DNA from: Shewanella sp. GXUN23E
GTDB taxonomy: Bacteria > Pseudomonadota > Gammaproteobacteria > Enterobacterales > Shewanellaceae
Assembly: GCF_050865035.1 (NCBI RefSeq)
Contig: NZ_JBOZWP010000022.1
Coordinates: forward strand, 65,993 to 89,992
Length of the DNA stretch: 24,000 nucleotides
Reading direction: 5' to 3'
In this document: positions 15,316 through 23,450 of the stretch, piece by piece
How positions within the stretch are numbered: the first letter of the stretch is position 1
Layout: the number at the start of each line of letters is the position of its first letter
The notes under the pieces: generated by a model
The model's input: only the letters and a program-made list of their open reading frames with translations
What the model was told of the DNA's origin: nothing
Database searches by the model: none
Made by a program: the position numbers and the translations under genes

Positions 15316-16155
15316 ATGAAACAGACACCACCTTCCCTGTCGATAGTAAAAACCCGGGCCGAAGTCCCGCTGACCATTCCTGTCACCGCGGTTAACGAGC
15401 GTGGCGAGATAGAAAACAAGTTTATTGCCTGTGAGCGGCCACTGACCGTTTACCTCAACTGGCGTCCCATAGTGACCTTGATGACACTGGGAGCCAAAGC
15501 TGAGTCACTGGCATTGGGGTATTTGAAGAATCAGGGATTCATCAGTGATGTCAGTCTGCTGGAATCAGTGATTGTCGATTGGGATACCAACTCGGCAGCC
15601 ATCATCACCAAAGAGCAAACGGAAGATCTGGAGAAAAAGCTGTCTGAAAAGACAGTCACCACCGGCTGTGGACAAGGCACTGTTTACGGTGGATTTATGC
15701 AGGGACTGGAAGATATCCGGCTGCCGGTTCCCGCGCTGAAGCAAAGCACTCTGTATGGGCTGCTGAAAAACATCAACGAATACAATGACACCTACAAGAA
15801 TGCCGGAGCAGTTCACGGCTGCGGCCTGTGCCACGACGAAACCATCACGGCTTTTGTTGAAGATGTAGGGCGACACAATGCGGTAGATACGCTTGCCGGT
15901 GATATGTGGCTGGCCGGTGAAGATGGCGGCGACAAAATCTTCTACACCACTGGCCGTCTGACCTCTGAAATGGTTATCAAAGTAGCCAAAATGGGTATTC
16001 CTGTATTGCTGTCCCGCAGTGGCGTAACTCAGATGGGACTTGAGCTGGCTCAAAAACTGGGAATAACCATGATCGCCCGTGCCAAAGGGCGCCACTTCCT
16101 GGTGTATAACGGGGCTGAAAATCTCGAATTCGATGTCAGTAAGGAGTCACAATGA
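15316..16155 (+). CDS. fdhD: Formate dehydrogenase accessory sulfurtransferase FdhD.
   Basis: The track ORF begins at a TTG (15304). I prefer the ATG at 15316, which has an AGGA 5 nt upstream. Colinear by eye with E. coli FdhD: the TTGCGQG loop versus GRTGCGVCG, VEDVGRHNAVDTLAG versus HEDVGRHVALDKLLG, and the C-terminal SRSGVTQMGLELAQKLGITMIARAKG. Confidence 0.9.
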   Translation: MKQTPPSLSIVKTRAEVPLTIPVTAVNERGEIENKFIACERPLTVYLNWRPIVTLMTLGAKAESLALGYLKNQGFISDVSLLESVIVDWDTNSAAIITKEQTEDLEKKLSEKTVTTGCGQGTVYGGFMQGLEDIRLPVPALKQSTLYGLLKNINEYNDTYKNAGAVHGCGLCHDETITAFVEDVGRHNAVDTLAGDMWLAGEDGGDKIFYTTGRLTSEMVIKVAKMGIPVLLSRSGVTQMGLELAQKLGITMIARAKGRHFLVYNGAENLEFDVSKESQ

Positions 16156-17060
16156 CCCAGGCCAGTGATTTGGTATACATGAGCGCCAGGCAGGTGGCTG
16201 AGTATCTGGATCTGAATGAAAAAAAAGTTTATGCCATGGCCAATGACAGGATCCTGCCAGCCACCAAAATCACCGGAAAGTGGTTGTTTCCGAAGATTCT
16301 GATCGACCGCTGGATTATGGATTCCTGCCATTCAGGCATGCTGACCGACCGACTACTGATCACTGGCAGTGATGACCCGCTGCTGGCCATGCTGGTCGCC
16401 CGGCTGATGTCTCAGGTAGGCAGCCGGGAACTTATCAGCTACAGCGCCACCGGCTCGCGGTTGGGACTCGAGCTCCTGTCCAAAGGCTATGCCGACGTCT
16501 GTACCCTGCACTGGGGCAGCCTGGAAGAGCGCAACATACGTCATCCTGCATTGCTGAAAGGTTATGCCAATCACCAGCAATGGATCATGGTACACGGCTA
16601 TACCCGTCAGCAGGGGCTGATCGTTCGTCCGGATATTCAGCACAGATGCCTGGAACAGGCGCAGATACTGGGCCAGCCTTGGCGCTGGATCTTCCGCCAG
16701 GAAGGCGCTGGCAGCCAACAACATCTGGAACACTGGTTACTGAGTCAGGGTGCCCGTGCCGATCAGCTCAATGCGGTGCTGACTGCATACAGCGAGCGGG
16801 AACTGGCAGGCTACATCGCCCGTGGCGATGCTGACATTGGGTTTGGTTGCCAGGCAGTTGCCGCGGAAAGCGGACTTGGGTTTGTCCCCCTGCTCAGCGA
16901 GTCATTTGATTTTGTGATGACCCAGAGCATCTATTTCCGCCGCCAGTTACAGCAATTGTTTACTATGTTGGCCAGCCCTCAAACCCGCCAAATGGCCGGA
17001 GTTCTGACTGGCTATGACCTGAGCAATACAGGTCAGCTAATCTGGACAGCTGCCCAATAA
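16152..17060 (+). CDS. Transcriptional regulator with an excisionase/MerR-like HTH fused to a periplasmic-binding-protein-like (COG1910-type, putative molybdate/tungstate-binding) domain.
   Basis: 302-aa ORF. N-terminal YMSARQVAEYLDLNEKKVYAMANDRILPATKITGKWLFPKILIDRWI is an HTH_17-like helix-turn-helix. The rest looks like a type-2 PBP fold. Its ATG overlaps the fdhD stop (ATGA at 16152-16155), with an AAGGAG RBS at 16141-16146. Confidence 0.75.
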   Translation: MTQASDLVYMSARQVAEYLDLNEKKVYAMANDRILPATKITGKWLFPKILIDRWIMDSCHSGMLTDRLLITGSDDPLLAMLVARLMSQVGSRELISYSATGSRLGLELLSKGYADVCTLHWGSLEERNIRHPALLKGYANHQQWIMVHGYTRQQGLIVRPDIQHRCLEQAQILGQPWRWIFRQEGAGSQQHLEHWLLSQGARADQLNAVLTAYSERELAGYIARGDADIGFGCQAVAAESGLGFVPLLSESFDFVMTQSIYFRRQLQQLFTMLASPQTRQMAGVLTGYDLSNTGQLIWTAAQ

Positions 17061-17074
17061 TTTGCGCTGCAAAT

Positions 17075-17110
17075 ATAAACAAAGACCGGCTAATGCCGGT
17101 CTTTGTTTAT
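17075..17110. terminator. Bidirectional rho-independent terminator between convergent genes.
   Basis: Perfect 16-bp inverted repeat ATAAACAAAGACCGGC-taat-GCCGGTCTTTGTTTAT. The A/T-rich outer arms give a U-tract in both orientations. It lies between the regulator stop (17060) and the rlmF stop (17131). Confidence 0.8.
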
Positions 17111-17130
17111 GAAAAAGCGGGATTACAGAT

Positions 17131-18144
17131 TCAGGCTCTGAATTTGCTCCACAGCTGACGCTGTTTTTCAGTCAAAAAACTCCACGCCAGAACCCGGGTA
17201 ATCTTGTTGCCCTGACGCATTTCAATCTCTTTTACCGAGTCAGCCTCCAGCTTTTGCAGCAACCGACGACAGGGACGTAAATTCTCCGATTTGGATACCA
17301 GCGATGTAAACCACAAACACTGGCTGGCAAATCGCTGGCTGTCGCGGATCATATTCTCCAGAAACCTCAGCTCGCCTCCCTCACACCACAACTCTGCTTT
17401 TTGTCCCCCGAAATTCAGCCTGAGCTTATCGTCATGTCTCAAGCCCTTGCTGGCAGCCAGATTTCTCAATTTCTTTTGTGTACCCGCAGCGGCCTCTTCC
17501 AGCGAAGCATGAAACGGTGGATTACACATGGTCGCATCGTACCGCTCACCGTCACGGATTATTCCGCTGAACGTGAACCTGGCATCCGATTGGAGCCGGA
17601 GTTCAATCTTATCCGTCAGCTGATTGTCCGTAAGGATGGAGGAGAAATTTGCCAGAGACACAGGGTCAATATCGCTGGCCACAAAACGCCAGCCAAAAGT
17701 TTGATGCCCCACCAGGGGGTAAATGCCATTGGCACCAGTTCCAATATCCAGCACTGAGACTTTTTGTCCCTTTGGAATTTGACCTTCGCCAGCGAGAAGA
17801 GCGGCAAGATGATGCAAGTAGTCTGCTCGTCCCGGAACCGGCGGGCAAAGAAAACCTTTGGGAATATCCCAGTTCTTTATCCTGTAGTGATACGCGAGCA
17901 AAGCGCAGTTCAACAGCCTGACAGCCTGTGGGTCACTGAAATCCACCGACAGAGCGCCGTAAGGGTTGGGTTTAACAAAAGATTTAAGTTTTGGCTGCGC
18001 TGCAATTAAAGCCGCGAAGTCATAATCCTTACCCATGGGATTGTCGGGATGCAAGCCCTTACCGGATGCCTTAGCCTTTGCAGGCATTTTGGACTGGCGT
18101 TTATTGGATGGACGGGGGGATTTTATCGGTTTTGCAGCTTTCAT
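17131..18144 (-). CDS. rlmF: 23S rRNA (adenine1618-N6)-methyltransferase RlmF.
   Basis: GLHPDNPMGKDYDFAALI...VDFSDPQAVRLLNCALLAYHYRIKNWDIPKGFLCPPVPGRADYLHHLAALL and the NPPFH motif match E. coli RlmF/YbiN closely. The start is ambiguous: ATG at 18144 (chosen), GTG at 18168 (track) or ATG at 18087. None has a clear RBS. Confidence 0.88.
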   Translation of the reverse strand: MKAAKPIKSPRPSNKRQSKMPAKAKASGKGLHPDNPMGKDYDFAALIAAQPKLKSFVKPNPYGALSVDFSDPQAVRLLNCALLAYHYRIKNWDIPKGFLCPPVPGRADYLHHLAALLAGEGQIPKGQKVSVLDIGTGANGIYPLVGHQTFGWRFVASDIDPVSLANFSSILTDNQLTDKIELRLQSDARFTFSGIIRDGERYDATMCNPPFHASLEEAAAGTQKKLRNLAASKGLRHDDKLRLNFGGQKAELWCEGGELRFLENMIRDSQRFASQCLWFTSLVSKSENLRPCRRLLQKLEADSVKEIEMRQGNKITRVLAWSFLTEKQRQLWSKFRA

Positions 18145-18179
18145 GAGAGTGCCGGTGCAGACCGACACCCCAGAGGCAG

Positions 18180-18587
18180 TCAGTCGTAGAGATAACGGGT
18201 AAACAGCAGGTTCACCACCCGGGCCTGGCCGGTTTCCTGCTTGAGCAATTCATTGACGGTATCGTAGCATTCACGGCGAATATCTTCACGCCCCGCCATT
18301 GATTTGATCTGCTCTTCCTGCTGATTGCCAAGAATTTCCACAATAGCAGCACGCAGCAAAGGATCGTGATGTTCCATCACCAGCAGATCATCGGGAGATT
18401 TCACCATCAGCTCCACGCTTACCCGCACAAATCCCAGCTTTTTTCGCCCCGAAATGTAATTGGTCACAATTTCCGGCTCGAATCCGTAATAAGCATAATC
18501 GGTTACAGGCTGAGGTTCGTCACCGGCACGTACACCGGCTGCCATCAATGTCATCATCAGAACGATTGCAGTAATCAGGGCTTTCAT
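18180..18587 (-). CDS. FliL-like (flagellar basal-body-associated FliL family) small exported protein.
   Basis: 135-aa ORF with a signal or anchor sequence (MKALITAIVLMMTLMAAGVRA). The body pattern YYGFEPEIVTNY...FVRVSVELMV...DPLLRAAIVEILGNQ...VVNLLFTRYLYD parallels E. coli FliL (FYALDTFTVNL...YIGITLRL...VTDVLYTAFILR). AAGGAG is present upstream. Confidence 0.55.
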   Translation of the reverse strand: MKALITAIVLMMTLMAAGVRAGDEPQPVTDYAYYGFEPEIVTNYISGRKKLGFVRVSVELMVKSPDDLLVMEHHDPLLRAAIVEILGNQQEEQIKSMAGREDIRRECYDTVNELLKQETGQARVVNLLFTRYLYD

Positions 18588-18697
18588 GATGGCGATAAAC
18601 TCCTTTCTCCAAACTTCGTGTTTTTTGCAGCTTCTATCTGATGACTACGGCCTGTGTTAGACTGCCTGCGTTCGCCGCTTTTGTAACGAGTAATCAG

Positions 18698-19267
18698 ATG
18701 GATGTGACCCGCTTCAGCTTTCCTTATGGTGAATCAATTCAGTGGTTTTCGCCAGCAAAAGCGGAAAATTTACCTCCTCAGCCGCTGTGGGATTGGTTGG
18801 TATCCAAAGACAGCCTGACCGCTAAACTGAAGGCTCATTGCCATGATTTCAGTGTGCTGTTGGTTGATGAACAATGGCACCATGGATTAAGTAATCGCTA
18901 TTGGACCCGGGAAGTGTTGCTGTTACTTGATGACACCCCCTGGGTTTTTGCCAGCACCCTGATCCCTGAATCATTAATGCAAAATCCTGAGGCCGGGCTG
19001 CAAAATCTCGGCAACCGGCCGTTGGGTGAATTACTTTATTCAAGCAAAAACTACTTGCCGGGAAACATTGAAGTCGCCCGCTTTGAAAGCTGCTCACGGC
19101 TCAACGAACTGAGCTGCAAACTCCATCAGCCTGTTACAGAGCCCCTCTGGGGACGACGCAGGTATTTTGAGTTTCAGCAGCAAACGCTTATCGTCAGTGA
19201 AGTTTTCCTGCCGCAAGCCATTTCAACCATTACCCAGAGACAAACACCAGATCTGAGCGGTAAATAA
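18698..19267 (+). CDS. ubiC: Chorismate pyruvate-lyase UbiC.
   Basis: WLVSKDSLTAKLK, YWTREVLLLLDDTPWVFASTLIP, LGNRPLGELLY and RRRYFEF are typical UbiC segments. The start was moved from the track ATG (18641) to the ATG at 18698 (MDVTRFSF...), giving a ~189-aa family-typical length. Confidence 0.82.
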   Translation: MDVTRFSFPYGESIQWFSPAKAENLPPQPLWDWLVSKDSLTAKLKAHCHDFSVLLVDEQWHHGLSNRYWTREVLLLLDDTPWVFASTLIPESLMQNPEAGLQNLGNRPLGELLYSSKNYLPGNIEVARFESCSRLNELSCKLHQPVTEPLWGRRRYFEFQQQTLIVSEVFLPQAISTITQRQTPDLSGK

Positions 19268-19296
19268 ACCCTCTTTGTTGAGAATAGTTTTCACTA

Positions 19297-19325
19297 CTGA
19301 CCTGTGATGAGTCTGCTGCTATAAT
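19297..19325 (+). promoter_or_regulatory. Candidate sigma70 promoter for the His-rich membrane protein gene.
   Basis: -35 CTGACC (19297-19302), 17-nt spacer, perfect -10 TATAAT (19320-19325). The predicted leader to the ATG at 19343 is only ~11 nt, so the ATG at 19361 may be the real start. Confidence 0.35.
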
Positions 19326-19342
19326 ATGCGGCCTTTCTTCCA

Positions 19343-20899
19343 ATGCACCCCGTAGGTTCCATGCTTTATTTAGTTGCCAGTTGCATAGCCTTACTCTTAG
19401 GTCCGGTGTTTTATCGCTTCTTTTCGTCGGGGAGTGGTCTGCAGAAAGGGCTCGACGGCTTTATTTTTGTCTCTCTTGGTGGATTGGTGCTCGTGCACAT
19501 TCTGCCGGAATTGCTGCATCACGGCGGCTTCTGGTCGCTGCTGTTTGTCATCCTTGGCCTGTGGGGGCCAACTGCCAGCGAACGTTTATTCCACCGCTAC
19601 TCAGAAGTTACCCATAACCTGACGCTGGCACTGGGTATTGGCGGCCTGCTGCTGCATACCCTGACCGATGGTGGCGCTTTGGTACTGGCGCAGCAGGAAG
19701 GTAATTCCCCAATGCTGGCATTGGGCGTTATTCTGCACCGCTTGCCGGTCGGACTGGCGATCTGGTGGTTGCTCAAACCGCAGGTGGGAACCAAATGGGC
19801 CAGCGTGGTACTGGTTGCCATGATGTCGCTGACGGCTGCCGGCTACTTCGCCGGAACCCAACTGCTTAGCCAGTTGAGTCTGGACAACACTGTCTATCTG
19901 CAGGCTTTTGTCACCGGCTCCATTCTGCACGTGGTGCTGCACCAGCCCCATGTACATCATGCCCAGGATAAGCAGGGAAAATACGAATATCAGGCAGGCA
20001 TCGGCAGTTTGCTGGGCATTGCTCTGCTGGCAGTACTGTTACTGCTGGATTCAGGCGGTCACCATCATGAATCGCACGACCACAGCACTCACCAGCTGGC
20101 AGATTGGCTGACTCAGGTCGCACCAGCATTATTGCTCGCCTATCTGGCGGCGGCCGGTCGCTTCTCTCTTGGCCTGACACCTGGCACGGACAAGTTATCA
20201 CTCCTTTGGTTACAACGGCTTGCAGGGCCAGAAGCACTGCTGGTGACCCTGTTACTGCTGGGACCTGAAATCCTGCTGTTGCAACTGATAGGCTTATTGA
20301 TGCTGGGCTCACTGCTGACCTTGCTCAAGGTGCCCCCGACCGATCCCCAACCAAGCAGCCATCAAAGTGCCTGGCATTTCGGATTCAGCCAACAGGTGGA
20401 CCGCAGTGCGCCCTGGGTATTGCTCAGCCTGATACTGGCCAATCTGATAGGACATCCATCAGTACCCCTGAATCATTCCTGGCTCCAGGTTGCGATTCTG
20501 ATGTTGGTATTTCTGCCTACCCGTTTCTGCAGCCTTGGCGGAACCTTGCTGGCAATCGCCCTGTCATGGAGTGGCTGGTCTGATGCTGCGGTATTCCTGG
20601 CATTACTGGCGGCACCGATATTGAATTGGTCGCAACTGAAGCTGATGACTCCAAGACAAAGTGCATTGCTGCTGGCGACCATCGCCATATTGCTGCTCGG
20701 CGCCAATCAGATCTTTCTGGCCAAAGAGAGCCTGCTCGACTTACCTGAATCGGTAAACATTACAGCGGTTGTCATCCTGAGTTTGTTATTTGCAGCCAGT
20801 CTGCTCAGATTAGGGCCACGCAAGTTCCTGCGCAGGTTGATGATCACCAAACCCCAGGTGCATATCCATCAGCACGGGCACGATCATCATCACCATTGA
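19343..20899 (+). CDS. Polytopic His-rich membrane protein, a putative divalent metal transporter. The N-terminal half is ZIP-like and the C-terminal half is an unassigned permease-like region.
   Basis: 518-aa, very hydrophobic ORF. ZIP-like segment ILHRLPVGLAIWWLL plus HVVLHQPHVHH. Central loop HHHESHDHSTH. C-terminal HIHQHGHDHHHH. The alternative start is the ATG at 19361. Confidence 0.7.
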   Translation: MHPVGSMLYLVASCIALLLGPVFYRFFSSGSGLQKGLDGFIFVSLGGLVLVHILPELLHHGGFWSLLFVILGLWGPTASERLFHRYSEVTHNLTLALGIGGLLLHTLTDGGALVLAQQEGNSPMLALGVILHRLPVGLAIWWLLKPQVGTKWASVVLVAMMSLTAAGYFAGTQLLSQLSLDNTVYLQAFVTGSILHVVLHQPHVHHAQDKQGKYEYQAGIGSLLGIALLAVLLLLDSGGHHHESHDHSTHQLADWLTQVAPALLLAYLAAAGRFSLGLTPGTDKLSLLWLQRLAGPEALLVTLLLLGPEILLLQLIGLLMLGSLLTLLKVPPTDPQPSSHQSAWHFGFSQQVDRSAPWVLLSLILANLIGHPSVPLNHSWLQVAILMLVFLPTRFCSLGGTLLAIALSWSGWSDAAVFLALLAAPILNWSQLKLMTPRQSALLLATIAILLLGANQIFLAKESLLDLPESVNITAVVILSLLFAASLLRLGPRKFLRRLMITKPQVHIHQHGHDHHHH

Positions 20900-20965
20900 T
20901 TTGAATCTATCTATTACACACTGAACAGGCTAACTTAAAAGGAGTTTTTCTTTTGAGTTGGCCTT

Positions 20966-21730
20966 ATGTGTATCCTGTTTATCGCTCGCAACTGCCACCC
21001 GGATTACCCGCTGATTATCTGTGCCAACCGGGATGAGTTTCACCATCGGGCGACGGCGCCCATGCATCGCTGGCCCGGGCCTGAAGGTATTGTCGCTGGT
21101 CAGGACCTCAAAGCCGGAGGAACCTGGTTGGGCTTCAATCAACAGGGTGAAATCGCAGCTCTGACCAATATCAGAGACCTTAACACCACTCAGGATGACC
21201 GACTCAGCCGGGGAGAATTGGTACTCAAAGCCCTCAAAGGCGAAATAGACGAGCACTGGCTGCTACAGCACAGTGACAGCTATAACCCTTTCAATTTGCT
21301 TTATCAGCAAGGCCGGGAGTTATATGTATTCAATAGCCGCAACACCACCAATACTCTGCTAACTGATGGCTTTCATGCTGTCAGCAATGGCGATCTTGAT
21401 GATATCTGGCCCAAAATGGCCAAAGGTAAACAGGTGCTGGAACAGGTTATCAGTAATCATCATCAACTCTCCCCGGAAAACCTGCTGCCCATAATGGCAG
21501 ACGAGAGCCAACCGGATGACAATTGTTTGCCAGATACCGGTGTCAGCAAAGAGTGGGAGCGAAGACTGTCTTCAATTTTTATCCGTCACCCGGAATATGG
21601 CACCCGCTCAACCAACATTATCATCACGCATCAACACGGTCTGTTACAGTGCCTGGAAGCCAGATATCATCCTAATGGTAAAGTGTTGAGCACCGACAGC
21701 TTTACCACAGCATTTCAATCTGATGAATGA
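20966..21730 (+). CDS. NRDE-family protein (DUF833 / TANGO2-like, Ntn-hydrolase-like with an N-terminal Cys).
   Basis: It starts MCILFIA..., which is the Met-Cys start typical of the family, and carries the eponymous CANRDEF motif and GGTWLG. Confidence 0.82.
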   Translation: MCILFIARNCHPDYPLIICANRDEFHHRATAPMHRWPGPEGIVAGQDLKAGGTWLGFNQQGEIAALTNIRDLNTTQDDRLSRGELVLKALKGEIDEHWLLQHSDSYNPFNLLYQQGRELYVFNSRNTTNTLLTDGFHAVSNGDLDDIWPKMAKGKQVLEQVISNHHQLSPENLLPIMADESQPDDNCLPDTGVSKEWERRLSSIFIRHPEYGTRSTNIIITHQHGLLQCLEARYHPNGKVLSTDSFTTAFQSDE

Positions 21731-22137
21731 TCATGGGTAATGACCCATTGATCATCAATACGTTCAACCAGCAATGAAAACATACCCTTGGGGTTATCTT
21801 TCTGCCGCTGCAATTGCCAATGACCAACCACCAGTGCCGCATAATTACTCAGCATCTTTATTTCATCGATATCAAACGTCAACTGCCCCATGGTTGCTCG
21901 ATCGGGATAATGCCTGCGATACGCATCCAGGGTCGTTTGCCAGCCATATCTGACGGTATCGTTGGAGACAAATCGCATCCTGTCGTCATGCCAATATCCC
22001 GCCATATAGCCTTCGATATCACCACGATTCCATGCCTGTTGCTGCTGACTTAACAGCTTGGTGATATCGTCACTTGGAACCGCCAGAACAGATGATGAAA
22101 TAACCATCAAAAAACAGGCAACAGCCTTGTTCCACAT
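21715..22137 (-). CDS. Secreted NTF2-like (DUF4440/SnoaL-like) domain protein.
   Basis: 140-aa ORF. Signal peptide MWNKAVACFLMVISSSVLA, and QQAWNRGDIEGYMAGYW...VVGHWQL...WVITHDHSS, which is typical of the NTF2-like fold. AAGGAG RBS 7 nt upstream. Confidence 0.68.
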   Translation of the reverse strand: MWNKAVACFLMVISSSVLAVPSDDITKLLSQQQQAWNRGDIEGYMAGYWHDDRMRFVSNDTVRYGWQTTLDAYRRHYPDRATMGQLTFDIDEIKMLSNYAALVVGHWQLQRQKDNPKGMFSLLVERIDDQWVITHDHSSD

Positions 22138-22228
22138 AGAAAATCTCCTTTACTGGGAGGTGCAAATCACTGCACGCTACTATACCTTGATAAACTAACG
22201 CGAATATCCCAATAAGAGAATCAGGGTC

Positions 22229-22780
22229 ATGTTTTCCACATTCTGCCGCTGGCTGATGAAACTTACAGGCTGGCAATTTGAAGGCCAGCTGCCACCATCT
22301 GGAAAGTACATTGTGATAGTCGGTCCACATACCAGCAACTGGGACTTTATTGTTGGCGTGATGGCCAGAGGAGCAATGGCCATTAATATCCATTTCCTCG
22401 GCAAACATCAGCTCTTTATTCCGCCCTGGGGCTGGTTGTTCAAAGCCCTTGGGGGCAGTCCGGTGGACAGACGCAAAAATAATAATTTAGTCGACGCCGT
22501 CGCACAGCTATTTGCCAATGATCCGCAATATAAGCTGGCTCTGGCTCCGGAAGGGACCCGCAGTGAAGTCAAACGCTGGAAAACCGGCTTTTACCACATT
22601 GCCAGGCAAGCCAATGTTGATATTTACCCGGTAGGTCTCGACTTTGGCCGCAAAAAAGTGGTCATCAGCCAGCCTCTGCACCCTTCAGGTAACATGGTCG
22701 CAGAGATGAATCAGTTGATGGATTTTTTCCGAACCATTAAAGGTCAAAAGCCCAAAGTGATTCCGGATTTTGTAGAATAG
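22229..22780 (+). CDS. PlsC-family lysophospholipid acyltransferase (1-acyl-sn-glycerol-3-phosphate acyltransferase-like).
   Basis: HTSNWD (HX4D catalytic motif) and LAPEGTRS (the EGTR motif) in a 183-aa ORF. Confidence 0.82.
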   Translation: MFSTFCRWLMKLTGWQFEGQLPPSGKYIVIVGPHTSNWDFIVGVMARGAMAINIHFLGKHQLFIPPWGWLFKALGGSPVDRRKNNNLVDAVAQLFANDPQYKLALAPEGTRSEVKRWKTGFYHIARQANVDIYPVGLDFGRKKVVISQPLHPSGNMVAEMNQLMDFFRTIKGQKPKVIPDFVE

Positions 22781-22798
22781 GAAACAGTTGTACACAGT

Positions 22799-22826
22799 GT
22801 TGGAGCAGGGATGACCATGCTCCAAC
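22799..22826 (+). terminator. Hairpin downstream of the acyltransferase gene (possible terminator).
   Basis: GTTGGAGCA-gggatgacca-TGCTCCAAC, a 9-bp stem 19 nt after the stop. There is no tight U-tract, only a T-rich stretch further on. Confidence 0.35.
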
Positions 22827-22866
22827 ATCTAATACACTTTTCCTGTTTTTCAATTGAGTATCTGTT

Positions 22867-23250
22867 ATGAAAAATGTAATCAATACTGAACGTGCACCAG
22901 CCGCCATCGGCCCATACTCTCAGGCACTGGCATTCCAAAACCTGGTGTTTACCTCTGGCCAACTGCCGCTGGATCCAATAACCATGACCTTCCCTGAAGG
23001 TGGTATCAAAGAACAGGCTTACCAATCTCTGGCAAACCTGAAGGCCGTTCTGGAACAAGCGGGTGCAGGTACTGATACCGTGCTGAAAACCACCTGCTTC
23101 CTGGCTAACATGGAAGACTTCGCTGCTTTCAACGAAGTATATACCGAAGTATTTGGCACAGACGCGGCTCCAGCCCGCTCTTGTGTGCAGGCTGCCCGCC
23201 TGCCAAAAGACGCGTTAGTTGAAGTTGAAGCTATCGCCTTCATCAAGTAA
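22867..23250 (+). CDS. ridA: RidA family reactive enamine/imine deaminase (YjgF/TdcF-like).
   Basis: 127-aa ORF. APAAIGPYSQA, VFTSGQLPLDP, KTTCFLANMEDFAAFNEVY and ARSCVQAARLPKDALVEVEAIA are near-canonical RidA segments. Its codon usage looks highly expressed. Confidence 0.93.
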   Translation: MKNVINTERAPAAIGPYSQALAFQNLVFTSGQLPLDPITMTFPEGGIKEQAYQSLANLKAVLEQAGAGTDTVLKTTCFLANMEDFAAFNEVYTEVFGTDAAPARSCVQAARLPKDALVEVEAIAFIK

Positions 23251-23260
23251 TACCCTCACT

Positions 23261-23283
23261 CCCCTCTGAGCCCATCAGAGGGG
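23261..23283 (+). terminator. Hairpin immediately after ridA (possible terminator).
   Basis: CCCCTCTG-agcccat-CAGAGGGG, an 8-bp GC-rich stem 11 nt after the stop, but not followed by a clean U-run. Confidence 0.35.
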
Positions 23284-23450
23284 AAGCTCTGCAGAATGGT
23301 TTCCTTTCCCAACTCCAATCCATCTTGATGTTTGCACCAGTATGATTAATCAACAATTTGTGATTGGCAGAGTTATTGAGAATCACTGACAGCTTACTTC
23401 GCCTTTTCACAAGAGAGAAAAATCCCAGCAAGCGTTTCGCTCAATCGCTG

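Noticed and set aside
19275-19330. A Fur/Zur-type box upstream of the His-rich membrane protein (GAGAATAGTTTTCAC and TGCTATAATATGCGG).
   Set aside because: Only one half of each candidate resembles the consensus, and the second halves are poor. There is not enough to call a metalloregulator site without a PWM scan or comparative data.
20930-21256. Minus-strand ORFs antisense to or overlapping real genes. These are 20930-21256, 22070-22408, 22195-22404, 22744-23058, 23019-23246, 15565-16095 and 16353-16733.
   Set aside because: They are antisense to genes with clear family assignments and carry no independent coding signals.
23243-23431. A 62-aa minus-strand ORF in the ridA-IS630 spacer.
   Set aside because: It overlaps the ridA 3' end and its hairpin, has no RBS and no recognisable motif. 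It is most likely spurious.
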